Assembly (NCBI RefSeq): GCF_022539665.2
Contig: NC_081332.1
Coordinates: 744,001-808,000, forward strand
Direction of reading: 5' to 3'
Source of the DNA: Daphnia carinata
Taxonomy: Eukaryota
Length of the DNA: 64,000 nucleotides
The stretch's first letter is position 1. Every line of letters begins with the position of its first letter. Below are positions 15,561 to 34,245 of the stretch, in pieces. Made by a program: the position numbers and the translations under genes. The notes beneath the pieces are model-generated. The model was not told the DNA's origin and did no database searches. It saw nothing but the letters and a program-made list of their open reading frames with translations.

Positions 15561-15719
15561 GGCATTTTAAAAATTCTTATTGTGTGTCATTCGAATATTA
15601 TCTTCATCGACAGCAAAATGGAATCCATGGCATCCAACAGGATTCATCGACAGCCAAGACGTTGTTGGAAGGTCTGGCGGAAACGCCATCTGTCGGATAA
15701 AATTATAATTATTTCAATC

Positions 15720-16055
15720 CACTAAAATAAGATTATTGCACTCAAACCATTTCGCTTTAAGATAACCGAATAAGACTTACATTAGAACGGTGCATCAAAA
15801 TTACCAAGTAGACGAAAAATAAAACGATAACCGCACATTCGCAAAGTGGTAAAATGGAAGGGTAACGAGGGGTAGGAGATAATTTCACTGTTGCCAAGTT
15901 GAGATTTATCAAGGGAAAACCACTTTTCACTTTGAATGGTTTGTACCTTTAGCTCGTCACGAGACACAGTGGCATGGTGTTGACGTTGCCTGTTAATGTT
16001 CTCTAAATTTATCCAAAAAAATCAAAACGATATTGAAAACGTAGACTCCAAAGTA
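15720..16055 (+). repeat. Orphan Pvr upstream module with no downstream Pvr coding sequence
   Basis: Similar to 5335-5730 with an internal deletion; similarity ends at TCCAAAGTA (16047-16055). Confidence 0.8.
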
Positions 16056-17175
16056 GATATAACCATAATTACCGTTCGTGGTGGCAGGTGCATCTTTTTC
16101 ACCCCCAGCGATAAACGCCCTTTGGCAACGATCAGTTTAGTTTTCGTACAATTAAGCTACTGTATGTCAGAGGGGAAAAAATTGGAATTAATTTAATAAT
16201 TAAGTTGCTGTCTGTGATATCACCGTCATTGTCGACAGACGTGTAATGCAATTAGTCTATGACGGAAGAGTGGTGGGCACAATACGTCATCTGTTTTTCA
16301 ACCGGTAAAATTGAAATTGTGTTGCCCAGCAAACGGGCGGAGCTGCCACCGGCAACATTAACCAAAATAGCACGTTACCCGATGCGAATCTGTTAAACAA
16401 TAAATAGAAAATATTTGAATTCCTAAACGATTGAAAAATAATGTGATAATACTTACAGATGTAACAGACGTTGCATTAATATCACAGATAGTCAGGCGTG
16501 AATCTAAAGTTGTTTTTTTTTCATAGCAGGTACATTTTCCTTTCAACATCGCCAAACAACTGAAATGGCGTTACATGTTTTGTGTTTATGACACATTCAA
16601 TGAAGCAATATGCTGTAGTGCAATTACTTAATGTGTAATTCATCCTTTTCAACCATTTGTAAGTTGTTCACTTTGCAGAGTGCCTCTAAGATAAAAAAGA
16701 TTGTTTGTGATAAAGTGGTTAATTCAGTGTTGGTTCAACTTACTGCAATGAGTAGTGACTTGCATATGGGCCAGCCCAAAACGATGGGCATCGCTCATAC
16801 GGTAGTCAAGAATGTCGTTCTTTTGCTACCTTCCATTGAAACCAATTCAATAAAGGTATTTAAAAACAAGTATTTACGTAAATCAGAGATATAGGTGATC
16901 AATTCAAGCACTTGACTTACCATGTGATGAAACTCTTATTCATTTCTGGTATACAAGCTATAACTTAATGCCTCAAAAAAAGAATTAACAAAGCAAAGAC
17001 CTTTCAAAATAAAAATCAGGAAAACCAGTGTGTTGAGTGGCCTGTTCAAAGTCGAAATTCACACATAGCCTTTGTAGAACAGGTGGCTGTTTCTACGAAA
17101 TGCAGCAATTTAAACTATAACCCATAAATTTACAGATTTTGTCAGGTAAAGTTGATGCTACTCATATAGGCCTAT

Positions 17176-17303
17176 AACAGTAAAAGTTTTCAGAAGCAGG
17201 AATTTTATAAATAATAGTAATTGACACAAAATCTTACCCCATTATTTAATAGCTGACAAATTACGTCTCCTTGTTCTAGAAGCTTCTGCTAATCGTTAAT
17301 GGC
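17176..17303. repeat. ~130-bp segment with an inverted copy at about 22546-22674
   Basis: GCTGACAAATTACGTCTCCTTGTTCTAGAAGCTTCTGCTAATCGTTAATGGCG matches the reverse complement of about 22546-22598, and the similarity extends beyond it. Confidence 0.88.
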
Positions 17304-17309
17304 GTGAGC

Positions 17310-17660
17310 GGTGCATCAGAATTACACATTAGAAGTATCGTCTTAACCACTCGACCACCTGGCCGATAAGTTCAAATCTCCATGACATTACTTCATAAAT
17401 TTCCCTAAAATAGAGGGAAAACAAGACGATAACCCCACATCCACCGGGTGGTAAAATAGAAGGATAACGAGAAGAAGGAGATAATTTCAATGTTGCCAAG
17501 TTGAGATTTATCATCGGAAAACCACTTCCTCATTTGGAATGATTTCTTCCTTCAGCTCTTCACGACACAGTGGCATGTCGTCGACGTTGCTTGTCGGTGT
17601 TCTCTAAATCTATCAATAAAAATCAAAACGAAATTAGAAAAGTGGATTCCAAAGTAAAGT
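17310..17660 (+). repeat. Orphan Pvr upstream module pointing into the 3' end of inverted copy 4
   Basis: Similar to 22900-23250; ends at TCCAAAGTA (17648-17656) and abuts the reverse-complemented Pvr 3' flank. Confidence 0.85.
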
Positions 17661-18086
17661 AAAAAACCACGTGGGCGCCTAACTGTGGCTCCCTTTGTCT
17701 CGCACCATGGAATGATGGGACATCGTATTCTGAAAATTGATATGAGGTATAGTTTTCTTTTTTAATCAAGGGTTTATATTTAGTACTTTAGAAACCGAAA
17801 TTTAGTTAAAAACACAAGAATAGGTTTAAAATAGAAAAGAACTTTTCTTTCACATTGTTTTTTCTCGCCAATATTGGGTTTTGTTAAAGATTATTTCCCA
17901 ATTGAAAGTGAATTGTTTTTTTAGTGTGTGCAAAAACTAATTGAGAAACGTGCTCATTCTTTTGTTTCTTTTTCTTCAACAATCGTTAAACGGTTTTCTC
18001 TAAAGAAGAGGTGGGGCTACATAGAAATGGTTTCGTGTCCTTGAAATTTCATTGCAAATCATTCCGAGGGAAGAGTCACCAAACTC

Positions 18087-21699
<3,613 letters not shown>

Positions 21700-21714
21700 T
21701 GTTTTTGTTGGTTT

Positions 21715-22055
21715 TACTTTGGAATCCACGTTTTAAAATATCGTTTTGATTTTAAAAAAAAATTTAGAGAACACCGACAGGTAACGTCGGCTGCATGCCA
21801 CTGTGTTTCGTGAAGAGCTGCACAGAGAAATCATTCCAAAGGGGCAAGTGGTTTTCCGATGATAAATCTCAACTTGGCAACAGCGAAACTATCTCCTTCT
21901 TGTTACCCCTTCCATTTTACCACTTGGCGGATGTGCGGTTATCGTTTTATTTTCCTTCTATTTTGGGGAAATTTATGATCTAATATCCTGTAGATTTGAA
22001 CTTATCGGTTAGGTGGTCGAGTGGTTAAGGCGATAACTCTACTTGGTAATTCTAC
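21715..22055 (-). promoter_or_regulatory. Pvr upstream module of copy 4
   Basis: Reverse-complement copy of the conserved block; TGCGGTTATC at 21934-21943. Confidence 0.55.
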
Positions 22056-22829
22056 CCTAATCTGTTTTTTAAATCAATTTACGTGGATGTTTGTTATTAT
22101 TTTTTGTTTAGCTTTTTTTGCTTATTTTTTTGATTCTTTGGAGATACTGATGGCCCATGCGAGGTCAGCGGTCACGTGTCTATGAGAGCCAACAACATGT
22201 TAAGAGAACAACAACTGGTACGCCAAAGAATAGCCGTGTTTCCTTTACAAAACAGTGAAAGCAGGTAAAAAGAATGGCTGCTAAATTTGCATCGTATGTT
22301 CCATTTGAAATTTCCTTCATTCACCAAGGTCTTGTAACGAGTTGTGTACGATAATAGCAACACTTGCTCTTCGCCTACCTTGGCAATGTTTCTTTCGACA
22401 ATTGGGACCAGAGTGCCTGAACCCTTGCAGAGATATCAGATGCATCTCCTGAACAGAGGATTTTTATCCGATTCAAAACCAGAAAGATAAATTATTATAG
22501 CAATTTGTTAACGTTGGAGTAGAAATCATGATAGTTTTAATTTGCCGCCATTAACGATTAGCAGAAGCTTCTAGAACAAGGAGACGTAATTTGTCAGCTA
22601 TTAATTAATGGGGTAAGATTTTGTGTCAATAACTATTATTTTATTTTATTCCTGTTCTTAAAACTTTTACTGTTGTCTTTTACTGTCGGATGGATTTACT
22701 GATGATGTTTAGCATCGTCCAATCACTTGCTTTGCAGAGGATACACAACTATTCTTTGGCGTACGAGATGGTCTTGTTTTCTGTTCGGCTCTCATAGACA
22801 CTTAATTCAAATCAATTCACTTAATTTAA

Positions 22830-23250
22830 ATCCACTAAAAAAGACATGTGGCTCTCAAGCCATTTCACTTTAAGATAACCGAATAAGACTTACGTTAGGG
22901 CGAAGCATCAAAATTTTCAAGTAGAAGTATCGCCTTAACCACACGACCACCTAGCCGATAAGTTCAAATCTCCATGACATTACTTCATAAATTTCCCTAA
23001 AATAGAGGGAAAACAAAACGATAACCGCACATCCACCAAGTGGTAAAATGGAAGCATATCGAGAAGGAGATGATATCGCTGTTGCCAAGTTGAGATTTAT
23101 CATCGGAAAACCACTTCTCCACTCTAGAATGATTTCTCCCTGCAGCTCTGTCACGACCTACAGTAGCATTGTGTTAACGTTGCCTGTCGGTGTTCTCTAA
23201 ATTTATCAAAGAAAATCAAAACGAAATTAGTAAAGTGGATTCAAAAGTGA
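22830..23250 (+). promoter_or_regulatory. Pvr upstream module of copy 5
   Basis: Conserved block directly upstream of ATG 23265; GATAACCGCA at 23020-23029. Confidence 0.55.
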
Positions 23251-23264
23251 AACCAACAAGAACA

Positions 23265-26200
23265 ATGTTATTCGTCGTATTCTTCACATTGTTGCCCTTA
23301 GGAAGTGATGCCAATCAGATAGTGATGATTCCCCATCACCAACCACACATCGAAAAAGAAGGTGATAATCTCAATTTAACTTGCATCTACCGGTTCAACA
23401 GCGACGAAGAGAAAACGTCAGCCAACATTACGTGGATACTGCCCCTTACCAGGAAGTGCGTAAATACGAAAGATCAGTTTTTAAAAACTTACATTGAAAT
23501 AAAATGAACTTCAAACACAACAGCCAACGGAAAGACGTTTGGATTACGAAGTCGAGAGGAATACAACTCACTTGACATCGACGGTGACATTGACACAGAC
23601 CAAGCCCACCGACACGGGATATTATCGATGCGTTGTACGCCCCGAAATTCAAATCGCCCACTACGTTTACTTTTACAGTCAGTTCTAACTTTTAAATATT
23701 CGGTTATTTAAAGGAAAATAATTCTTTTTGATACAATTAGATGGATGGCCACTAGTTTTCACGGAGACGGAAAACTTGTTTAACAAGTTAGATCATCTCG
23801 AATCCTACATTTACGTTTACGGTCAGCTCTCACTTTTAAGTAGTCGGTTATTCAAAAGAAAATAATTCTTTTTGATACAATTAGGTTTTAAGCTAGTTTT
23901 CACGGAGACGAAAGACTTGTTTAACAAATTGGCTCCTCTCGAATTTGACACATATATGACGTTTGCGGGTGAACCTCTCGACATCCCGTGCAGACCAACC
24001 CACCCAAATGTCACCGTTTCACTCTACCGCGAAACGCTTACGCCAAACGATGAACTGAAATGGAACTTGATTGTAACCCACGCTAAACAAAAGATAATAA
24101 TAAACTTCCAAGTAAATTGATTTAAACAACCAGGAATTGTCACGTGACTTGGGAAACGCCAGTTGGTTGCTGAAACCTTTGCCAGAACGTGGACTGAGGT
24201 TAACCAATATGACACTAAGTGACATAGGAAAATACAAGTGTGTAGGCACCGAGTCGGTACGACCAACTGCTGGACCCACCACAATCCATTTCAGGATTTC
24301 CATCAACAGTAATTTCGTGCGCTGATCGAAATCCAAAATCGAATTCACCTCAAGCGAATTGAACGCAAAAAATATAGGAATGGAACTCGTTAGGGTTGGT
24401 GATCCAATCGAAGGCAACAACGTGACACTCATCTGTAAAACCTTCTGCGAAAGTGATCGCAATACGGTGGAATTTTGGAAAAACGATTGGTTTTACTTCA
24501 ACAAGAACACCGGCCAAAAACAATGGATCGATCGAAGTAACCTTCGTAAAGGTATGCGATAATTTCAGTGTCAAAGACAATGTCCCTTCATTCACTCCAA
24601 ATTGCAACAGGATTTCTACTAGAAAAAAAACGGTTCTCTATGATATCAGGCAACTCTCTCGATGGAATATTCCCGTACGGTTTGTACGAAAGTCGTTTGC
24701 ATCTGCAAAGAATTGGCTTCAATACGCACACGCACTTTGAATGCAGAGCCTATGCCAGCGGTCGAAACATTGCCCAATCCATTACTTTAACCGTTCAAGG
24801 TATTTACTTCATTTTTGTGGATGGCAAAATTGAAGTGCAATTAACTTTTTAATAAAAGAAAGCATGGATCCAGTGGATGTCAAACTGGGAAAAGGAATAG
24901 CTCAAAATTTGACTTGCAAACGCTTAAGTGATGACGTCCACATCCAATGGTTCAAGGTAAACAAAACCAATTTTTAATCCTCAATGAAATCAATACGATT
25001 TTGGAATATCAGGATGACGAGGAATATAAGGGATTAATCTATACGAACGATACTTCATCAATTTTATCATTCAACAAAAGTCATGAACAAAACGGACGTT
25101 ATTCTTGTCGCTGGAACAACAGCCAAGGGGAACAGAAATTTCGAAATTTCTATTTCCCTGACGAACTTGAATCTAATGGTACTGTCATTGCTGTCTGCAT
25201 ATCTGTCGTGACGGTAATTATAGCTGCAATGGCAATCAAGCAATACGTGGACAAGGTGAGTTTAAACAAAATGTGCACGTTTTTCAATTTTTAAAATTCC
25301 GATTTTTGATACCCCCCCCCCCCAAAAAAAAAAAAAAAACAGAGAAATCTGGAAAAAGAAATTCAGGGAAGATTAGATGGAAATCCTGATGGCATCGATC
25401 CAAATTTGCCGATCGATTATCAAACTGAATTTCTTCCTTACGACAAACGCTGTGAATTTTCAAAACATCGCCTCAGACTCGGTTTGTGTTTTCCATTTCA
25501 AAATCAATTTCAGAAATTTAATCAACTACGAAAATGTAGGAAAACAACTGGGAAAAGGATGTTTGTTTCGGAGAAGTCTACAAATCCGAAGCTGTTGGGC
25601 TCAAAGGATCGGATGAACATGTAACGACCGTGGCCGTCAAAAAGATCCTATCGACATCGCAATTTCAAATGAAATCAAACACTGCCGCATTAGACGCTCT
25701 TATTGGAGAATTGAAAATTCTCAATTATTTGGGATCGCATTTAAATGTCGTCAATTTACTGGGGGCTTGTACTAAAGACATCATCAAAGGTAATTAATTA
25801 AATTTAGCAATTTCTTCAGTTCGGTAAAACACATTTGCTTGGGAAAGGCGAACTCTTGGTGATTATCGATTATTGCCCCTTTGGCAATTTGCAATCCTAT
25901 TTGATTAAAGAACGCAACACATTTGTAAACCAATTGGATGAGATTGGTGACCTTCAACTGTTAAATGAATCGTTGGAAATTAACGAGACTCACAGGTACA
26001 AATAATTAAACAAGTCAAAAGGGAATTAAATTTAAATGCTTTAAAATCCAGTCAGGACGGTGACTCTAGTGCAAAGCCTGGACCCTCAAGTCATTCTGTA
26101 GCTCAAGTAACATCGACCAGCGACGATTCAATTTTTGTCGGTAAAGTTTCAAATTTGCGAAAACAAAACGATTTAATTCTAAGCTAAAGATGATTGCCAT

Positions 26201-26999
26201 CAAGAAACGGAAGTCAATTGGAAATATGGAGAAAATTCAGACGCTATTACCACTGGACCCATTTCTACGTGGAATTTAATTAGCTTTTCTTTACAAATCG
26301 CCAAGGGGATGGAATTCATTGCTAGCAAAAAGGTGGCCTTTTCGGTTTTACTCTAATCTCATTAATCACGATGTTAATGGAAATATCTGATATCGATAAG
26401 GTTCTCCATGGCGATTTAGCGTCTCGCAATGTCCTTTTAGCCGATCATGGAATTGTCAAAATTGCAGATTTTGGAATGGCCAGACAAATGAAAAATTACA
26501 TTTACGAAATGAAGGGACAGGTAAATTTGACAACCCTGGGCATCTAAAATTGGCGTTCATTTGCTTTGATTTCGTTAAAAGGGATTACTACCAATTAAAT
26601 GGATGGCTATTGAATCACTGGCGGATCACGTATTTTCCAGTAAGTCCGATGTCTGGTCTTACGGCATTGTTCTATGGGAAATCTTTGCCCTGGGAAAAAT
26701 TGCTTACCCAGGTATTACAAGGATCAAATTTCAATTAGCCTATTGAGATTTACATTTCTGTATTTTTTCAAGGTATGAACGGCCTTATACTCGTCAAAAA
26801 TATTCAAGAAGGACTACGAATGGATAAACCAGATTACGCGCCAAATTTCTTTGGAGAAATGATGAAAAGTTGTTGGAACAAAGAACGAAACGAACGACTA
26901 ACGTTTCATCATCTGGCCAACACGATCGAGAAGTACATGGAGCCATTCGTTAGCTCTGGCTACTTGGATACAACTTTCATGAAAAATAATGCCAACTAA
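23265..26999 (+). pseudogene. Pvr-like copy 5, frameshifted
   Basis: Full exon set, but with a 1-nt deletion at the end of exon 1 (23442-23445), a 4-nt TGTT duplication in the Gly-rich loop (25560-25567), a partial duplication of intron 2/exon 3 (about 23678-23805) and HGDLASRN. Confidence 0.8.
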
Positions 27000-28344
27000 G
27001 ACGTTGATGACTCTTCCCTCGGAATGACTTGCAACGAAATTTCAAGGACACGAAACAATTTCGATGTAGCCCCACCCCTTCTTTAGAGAAAAACGTTAAA
27101 CAATTGTGGGCGAGAAAGAAACAAAATGATGGGCACGTTGCTCAAGTAGTGTTTGCACGCACTAAAAAAACCAATTCACTTTCAATTAGGAAATAATCTT
27201 TAACAAAACCCAATATTAGCGGGAAAAAAATACTTTTTGGCGCTTTTTACTTACAAAGTTAAATTTTTTTTGGCTTTAAAACCTATTCATGTGCTTTGAA
27301 CCAAATTACTAAAAGTACTAACATAAAGTTTAATAAAAAAAAAACTATACCTTATTCCAGTTCAGAGACTAGATGGTCCCAACATTCCATTGGTGCAAAA
27401 CAAAGGAGCCACAGCAATCCGTCCACGTGGTTTTATTTCTTGGCAATTAACCACATTAAACACTCCGCGAACAATTAACTAACAATCAGTATCGGTTATT
27501 TTAGAATTTCAACTATCAAAAGAATGTTAATCTATTACCTTTGTTAGTTGTTCGGTTACATAGTTGAGGGAACAGATGAAATAACAGTTCACTACGAATG
27601 TACTTGCTCTGCCGAGATTTGGAGTCAAACTGATCACATCGACCAATTTTGGCGCCCGCGTCTTCTAGAATTCTACCCACCCCCTTCTCAAAACAAAAAC
27701 ATAATCAAATCAAATTCGATTTCAACCATTTAAGTAAACATTATCTGTTTTTAATGCCACCTTTTAATGTATCTTTTCATCGAAAAAGGTAAAGAGTATC
27801 TAAAAATGTGCTACGAAATCTACAAAATGTATCGAGATCTGAAATCGAACTGAGTAGTTGACAACGGGCGCCATTTTTGTCTAAAAATCTACCCCTCCCT
27901 CAGAAAAAAATAATCCAACAAAAATGGAGAAATTTACGAAATTAAAAACCAAATAAACAGCAAAAAAACTAATTAACTATAAGGCAATATAATTTTAAAT
28001 ATTTATTAAAGATTTCCTGTTAACTGTATTCGAGTACCGTACCTGTACGAACTCTTTGTTTGAAAGGAATACAACGTGTCTCAACTGTTGACGAGAAACG
28101 AGTTTAAACAGCTGAAATACCATAATTTTCTTTTATTGTTCTCTTTTTTTGAAGGGGATGGGGGATTTAGGAAATGACATATCCGACCAGCAGATGGCGT
28201 CATCGCCAAAAGGAAGCTCAAAACAAATACCAAACATGGATGACAATTTGTTTTCAATGGTGGTCAAGAAAAAGCATCTCCATTCTTGTGTAACAACAGG
28301 AATAGAACATGTTGTCATGTCGCTAACAAAACATTAATCGTTGT

Positions 28345-28828
28345 CTAGTATTTGACAGGGGCAGCCTCGTAAGCAGGAGCAGGCTCGGAATAAGCTGGTG
28401 CGTAACTGTCGCCATGGTTGTATTCCCAGTAGTGCTCACCGTAGCCGTCGTAAGTGTCGGCCCACTTGACCTGTTTTTTTAAGGGAATTGCAAAAATGAG
28501 TAAACAAAATTACAGGCAAATTAAATGGGAGCTATAATACCTTTGTGCGGAAACGGTGGTCCTTGGATTGCTCATAGCGAGAAGTGTGGTGAGCAGCATT
28601 TCCACGGTTGTAGCCAAATTCATATTCTTTTTCACTGGGTACATTGGCATACTGGAAGTAGCCATCATATTTCTTTTCGTAGGCAGGTGGTGCGTATTCA
28701 CCATCAGCCATTACAGTGGCCACAACAGCACCCAAAACTAGAATCTAAATTTAATACAAATTTAAGTAAAATTTCAAAGATAATTTAGCAGAGAATAAGA
28801 AGAAACTCACCACGAGAGAGGTCTTCAT
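28345..28828 (-). CDS. Small secreted Tyr/Ala/Pro-rich cuticle-like protein, 115 aa, 3 exons (28811-28828, 28541-28744, 28345-28470)
   Basis: MKTSLVILVLGAVVATVMA signal peptide; YEFGYNRGNAAHHTSRYEQSKDHRFRTKVKWADTYDGYGEHYWEYNH core; YAPAY/PAPAY repeats; canonical phase-0 introns. Confidence 0.85.
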
Positions 28829-28880
28829 GTTTGATGATACAAGACAAGACTGGGAATATCGACGTTGACGATATCCAGCC

Positions 28881-28888
28881 TTTATATA
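28881..28888 (-). promoter_or_regulatory. TATA box of the cuticle-like gene
   Basis: TATATAAA on the minus strand about 55 nt upstream of the ATG. Confidence 0.7.
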
Positions 28889-29612
28889 CCACCTGTATGT
28901 GCCCAGTACCTAAAAAAAAACAGATTCAACACATGTGGTCATATTCTTTGTGGGCCATTGCTCTTGACGATTAGGCCACAATCGTGAGCTAGTCATTTGT
29001 GTCGTGTAACCCATTTCCTGTAACACACTACGCCTCCGTTATCTTCTTCCATCAAGCCTGAGGGGACGAATAAATATACTTCATGAGTTTGCTCCGCTAA
29101 TCCACTTTCCCGCAACAGCTTCGCACCTGTTGCACGATAAATAATTTTCTCCTTATTTGCTTTCTTTTTTCTCCCTATTTTATATTTTTATTGTTTAAAA
29201 ATACTCAACATTTCTTTAAATACACTAATTAGAAACGAATAGGGAAAGTGTCTTAATTATTTAATAAATAAAACTTACCATGTTCTCCTTTAAAATAAGA
29301 GTTCAATATCGCCCATTTTTTCTAGTTAAAAAAAGGCGTTCCATTGTTAGAAAAAAGGAAGGAAAAAAAACCAAGGATAATGACAAATCAACCGAGAAAA
29401 AAGGTAAATGACCTTTGAATACGTTTTTTTTCCATTCCTAGAATTGCTTTCGCGGTCACGGCCTCAATATTTTTTTTTTACATACACCTAATTCCTTCCA
29501 TTTTTTGTCTAATGGTTTTCAAAGCTATTTAGAGAATCTTATGGAAATGAAGGAGGAAAAGGATGGGTCAGAAAAATAAATACCTTCTTATTTTTTGTGC
29601 TGTTCTTGCGAT

Positions 29613-30682
29613 ATGCAGTCAACGTTGAGAATTTGTAACATGCAGAACAGCAAGCCAAACGTTGCAGTTGGTTACCATCGACATAATCCAGGTGCTCACG
29701 TCCTCATCAGCCTCTCAGTTATCAATATTTTCCTTTGGCTACTGTGCACCACATTTTCAGTCAGTTCTTAAAAAACAATGTAGTTATACCTAAATAAAAA
29801 GTAGTTGCTATTTATACTAATTCACGTTCCCAAAAATATAATTATTTGTAGGCTATGATTTTGATTCGATTCAACTCACCCAATTCACTGATTCGGTTCG
29901 CTTCGCTCGATCTCATTAGTCCAGGAGTTTGGGGCTCACTTTTTTATGGCCTGGGTGGCCTTCTGGGTATCTGCGCCGCCTATGAAAGAAGACAGCCCAT
30001 GTAATAATGATAACAATATTCAAATTAACTCTTATTGATGATTATTGTTTACAGATTAGTGGGAACTTTGGTGCTGGCCATGTTATCCATCTTCAGTTCG
30101 TTGGGAATTGCGGCCGTCAGTGGGGCCATGGCCGTGTCACCTCGATTCCGTTCTTATAACAGTATGTATTTAAACGTTCAGTAATTGAGAACCATTCTAA
30201 TTGATCAAATTGAATAGATGCAATATGGCTAGGATTGGAGTGGACCCTGCTCATTTTGAGCATTTTCGGTTTTATTGTCAACTTGTCTGTCTTCGTGTCT
30301 GTTTCCGTACTCATTTGCCGGCCCTGTTGTCCAAATAATAGGAATCATAATGTTAGTATTTTTATGACCATTGTAAAATATTTAGTTTTACTCACTAAGA
30401 TTTGTAGCTGATGACTTTATATTGTTGCAGTATCATCAACGGCAGCAACTTCCTCCTGCTCCATTACCACCAAACTGTAACAACAATAACATTCATAATG
30501 GCAATTATGCATGTGCTGCAGAGATGGCAAACATGACTTTGGTACCACCACCTCCACTGGGATTTGTAATTAACCCACCAGTTGCCTCACAGCAAAGGCA
30601 ACTGCAGACAAGTCAACATCAGCAAAGTTATAATTCTTCTCCATTACCTCATGGGATCGTTGCCTCAGAAACGAATTTTTGA
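29613..30682 (+). CDS. Four-transmembrane protein, MS4A/CD20-like, with a Pro/Gln-rich C-terminal tail (5 exons)
   Basis: Spliced frame gives four hydrophobic helices (VLISLSVINIFLWLLCTTFS; SPGVWGSLFYGLGGLLGICAA; LVGTLVLAMLSIFSSLGIAAVS; WTLLILSIFGFIVNLSVFVSVSVLICRPCC). The G-x-W-G..F..G pattern of TM2 and the Cys cluster after TM4 resemble MS4A. The start codon is uncertain. Confidence 0.7.
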
Positions 30683-31364
30683 GTTGCTTTGTACTTGAAA
30701 TTTAAGTCTTCATTCTGGTGTCATGCAAGTTTGATTGCTTTTAGCTCCTCCTAGTCATTTAAAATGTCTCTTATTATTGCCAACATGTGGCTTATGCTCA
30801 ATAGAAAACTCAACCAGCATCTTTTGCCTTGACAATTTCACAACAGAATGTTGGTTCTTTGTAGTGCAATATTTCTTGCCATAATTTTTAAAGATCTTAG
30901 AAAAAATAGCTTCATTTCCAAATTAACTTCATATACAACTAAACTTGTAATTATCCATATCAAAAGTAAAATTGGATAGACGGCCACGTGACCTCTTCAA
31001 TTCGTTACCTGATTGTCAATGTTCAATAACCACGCATCGATAATATCAAACTAAATGACTGATGGCGGAAACTACACCATCAAGGATTTTAGTTTCATAA
31101 CTACCTAACATTAGCACACAAATATTTCTACTAAAATGAATATTAATAGAAAAATGACAACCAGTTGAAATTTGGCCGCCAACTTTTATGTCGTCACACA
31201 AGATTAAAAAACGTTGCCACATTGTAATTTGATCCAGGTGTTTATTTTTTTTCTCGCGCAACATTGCCATTCTCTTACAAACTTCGGAAAAGATTTCGTT
31301 CTAGATTTTACATAAATACATTATTTTCTTTCTAACGACGTCCAGATATAACTATTCAATTGAA

Positions 31365-33034
<1,670 letters not shown>

Positions 33035-33467
33035 CGACCATGACCATGCGGCTAATGACGTAATTTACAATTCTGCATCCTTCACCTACATTTAACAATA
33101 AACTCACCTGAAAAATGGATCGCAGAAAAAATCCTGAAAAAAAGAATTAAACAAAGCCATGAACCATCCGAGCCTGGCACGTCTTTACTTGGGCACCGTC
33201 TGCAACCGACTGACCGAACGAGCCACCCCGACGTTGGTTCACTCAGACGTAAATAATCAATACATGGTGAAAAATACCGAATCAAAATGACCCAGTTGAA
33301 GACTCAACCATCAAGGTCGATGCGGGTGCTAAGAAAACGAATACACAATAGATCCACTTTTTTCCACTTCCAAACGATCGATCGGCCAATGTAATCATTC
33401 TTTTCCTTTCAAAATGTTACATCAAGGCTTCATGACATGTGGGAGCGTGGTGGTACAGTTTCTGTTT

Positions 33468-34088
<621 letters not shown>

Positions 34089-34189
34089 TCTGGATATTTT
34101 TGACCTATTGAAAATGCGAAATAATTTTATTTAGTAACAGTGTCAAAAATATTAAAGTTTCAATATCAATGTAAAAGGAAACGTCACTC

Positions 34190-34245
34190 ACTTTATCGGT
34201 CAGCAGGCAATGTGTTTTCAGCAATGGCGGAAACGGGAAAGGCTG
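34190..34245 (-). promoter_or_regulatory. Non-coding first exon of FAU with a 5' oligopyrimidine (TCT/TOP) start
   Basis: Minus strand CCTTTCCCGTTTCCGCC followed about 50 nt later by a GTGAGT donor; typical of ribosomal protein genes. Confidence 0.65.

Noticed and set aside
22172..22450. TLVPIVERNIAK segment faintly resembling a Merlin/IS1595-type transposase
   Set aside because: Too short, with no catalytic D-x-W or VNH motifs; cannot be supported without a search.
24019..24462. Minus-strand ORFs over Pvr exons (also 8694-9008)
   Set aside because: Antisense shadows of Ig exons; their similarity only reflects the shared DNA tract.
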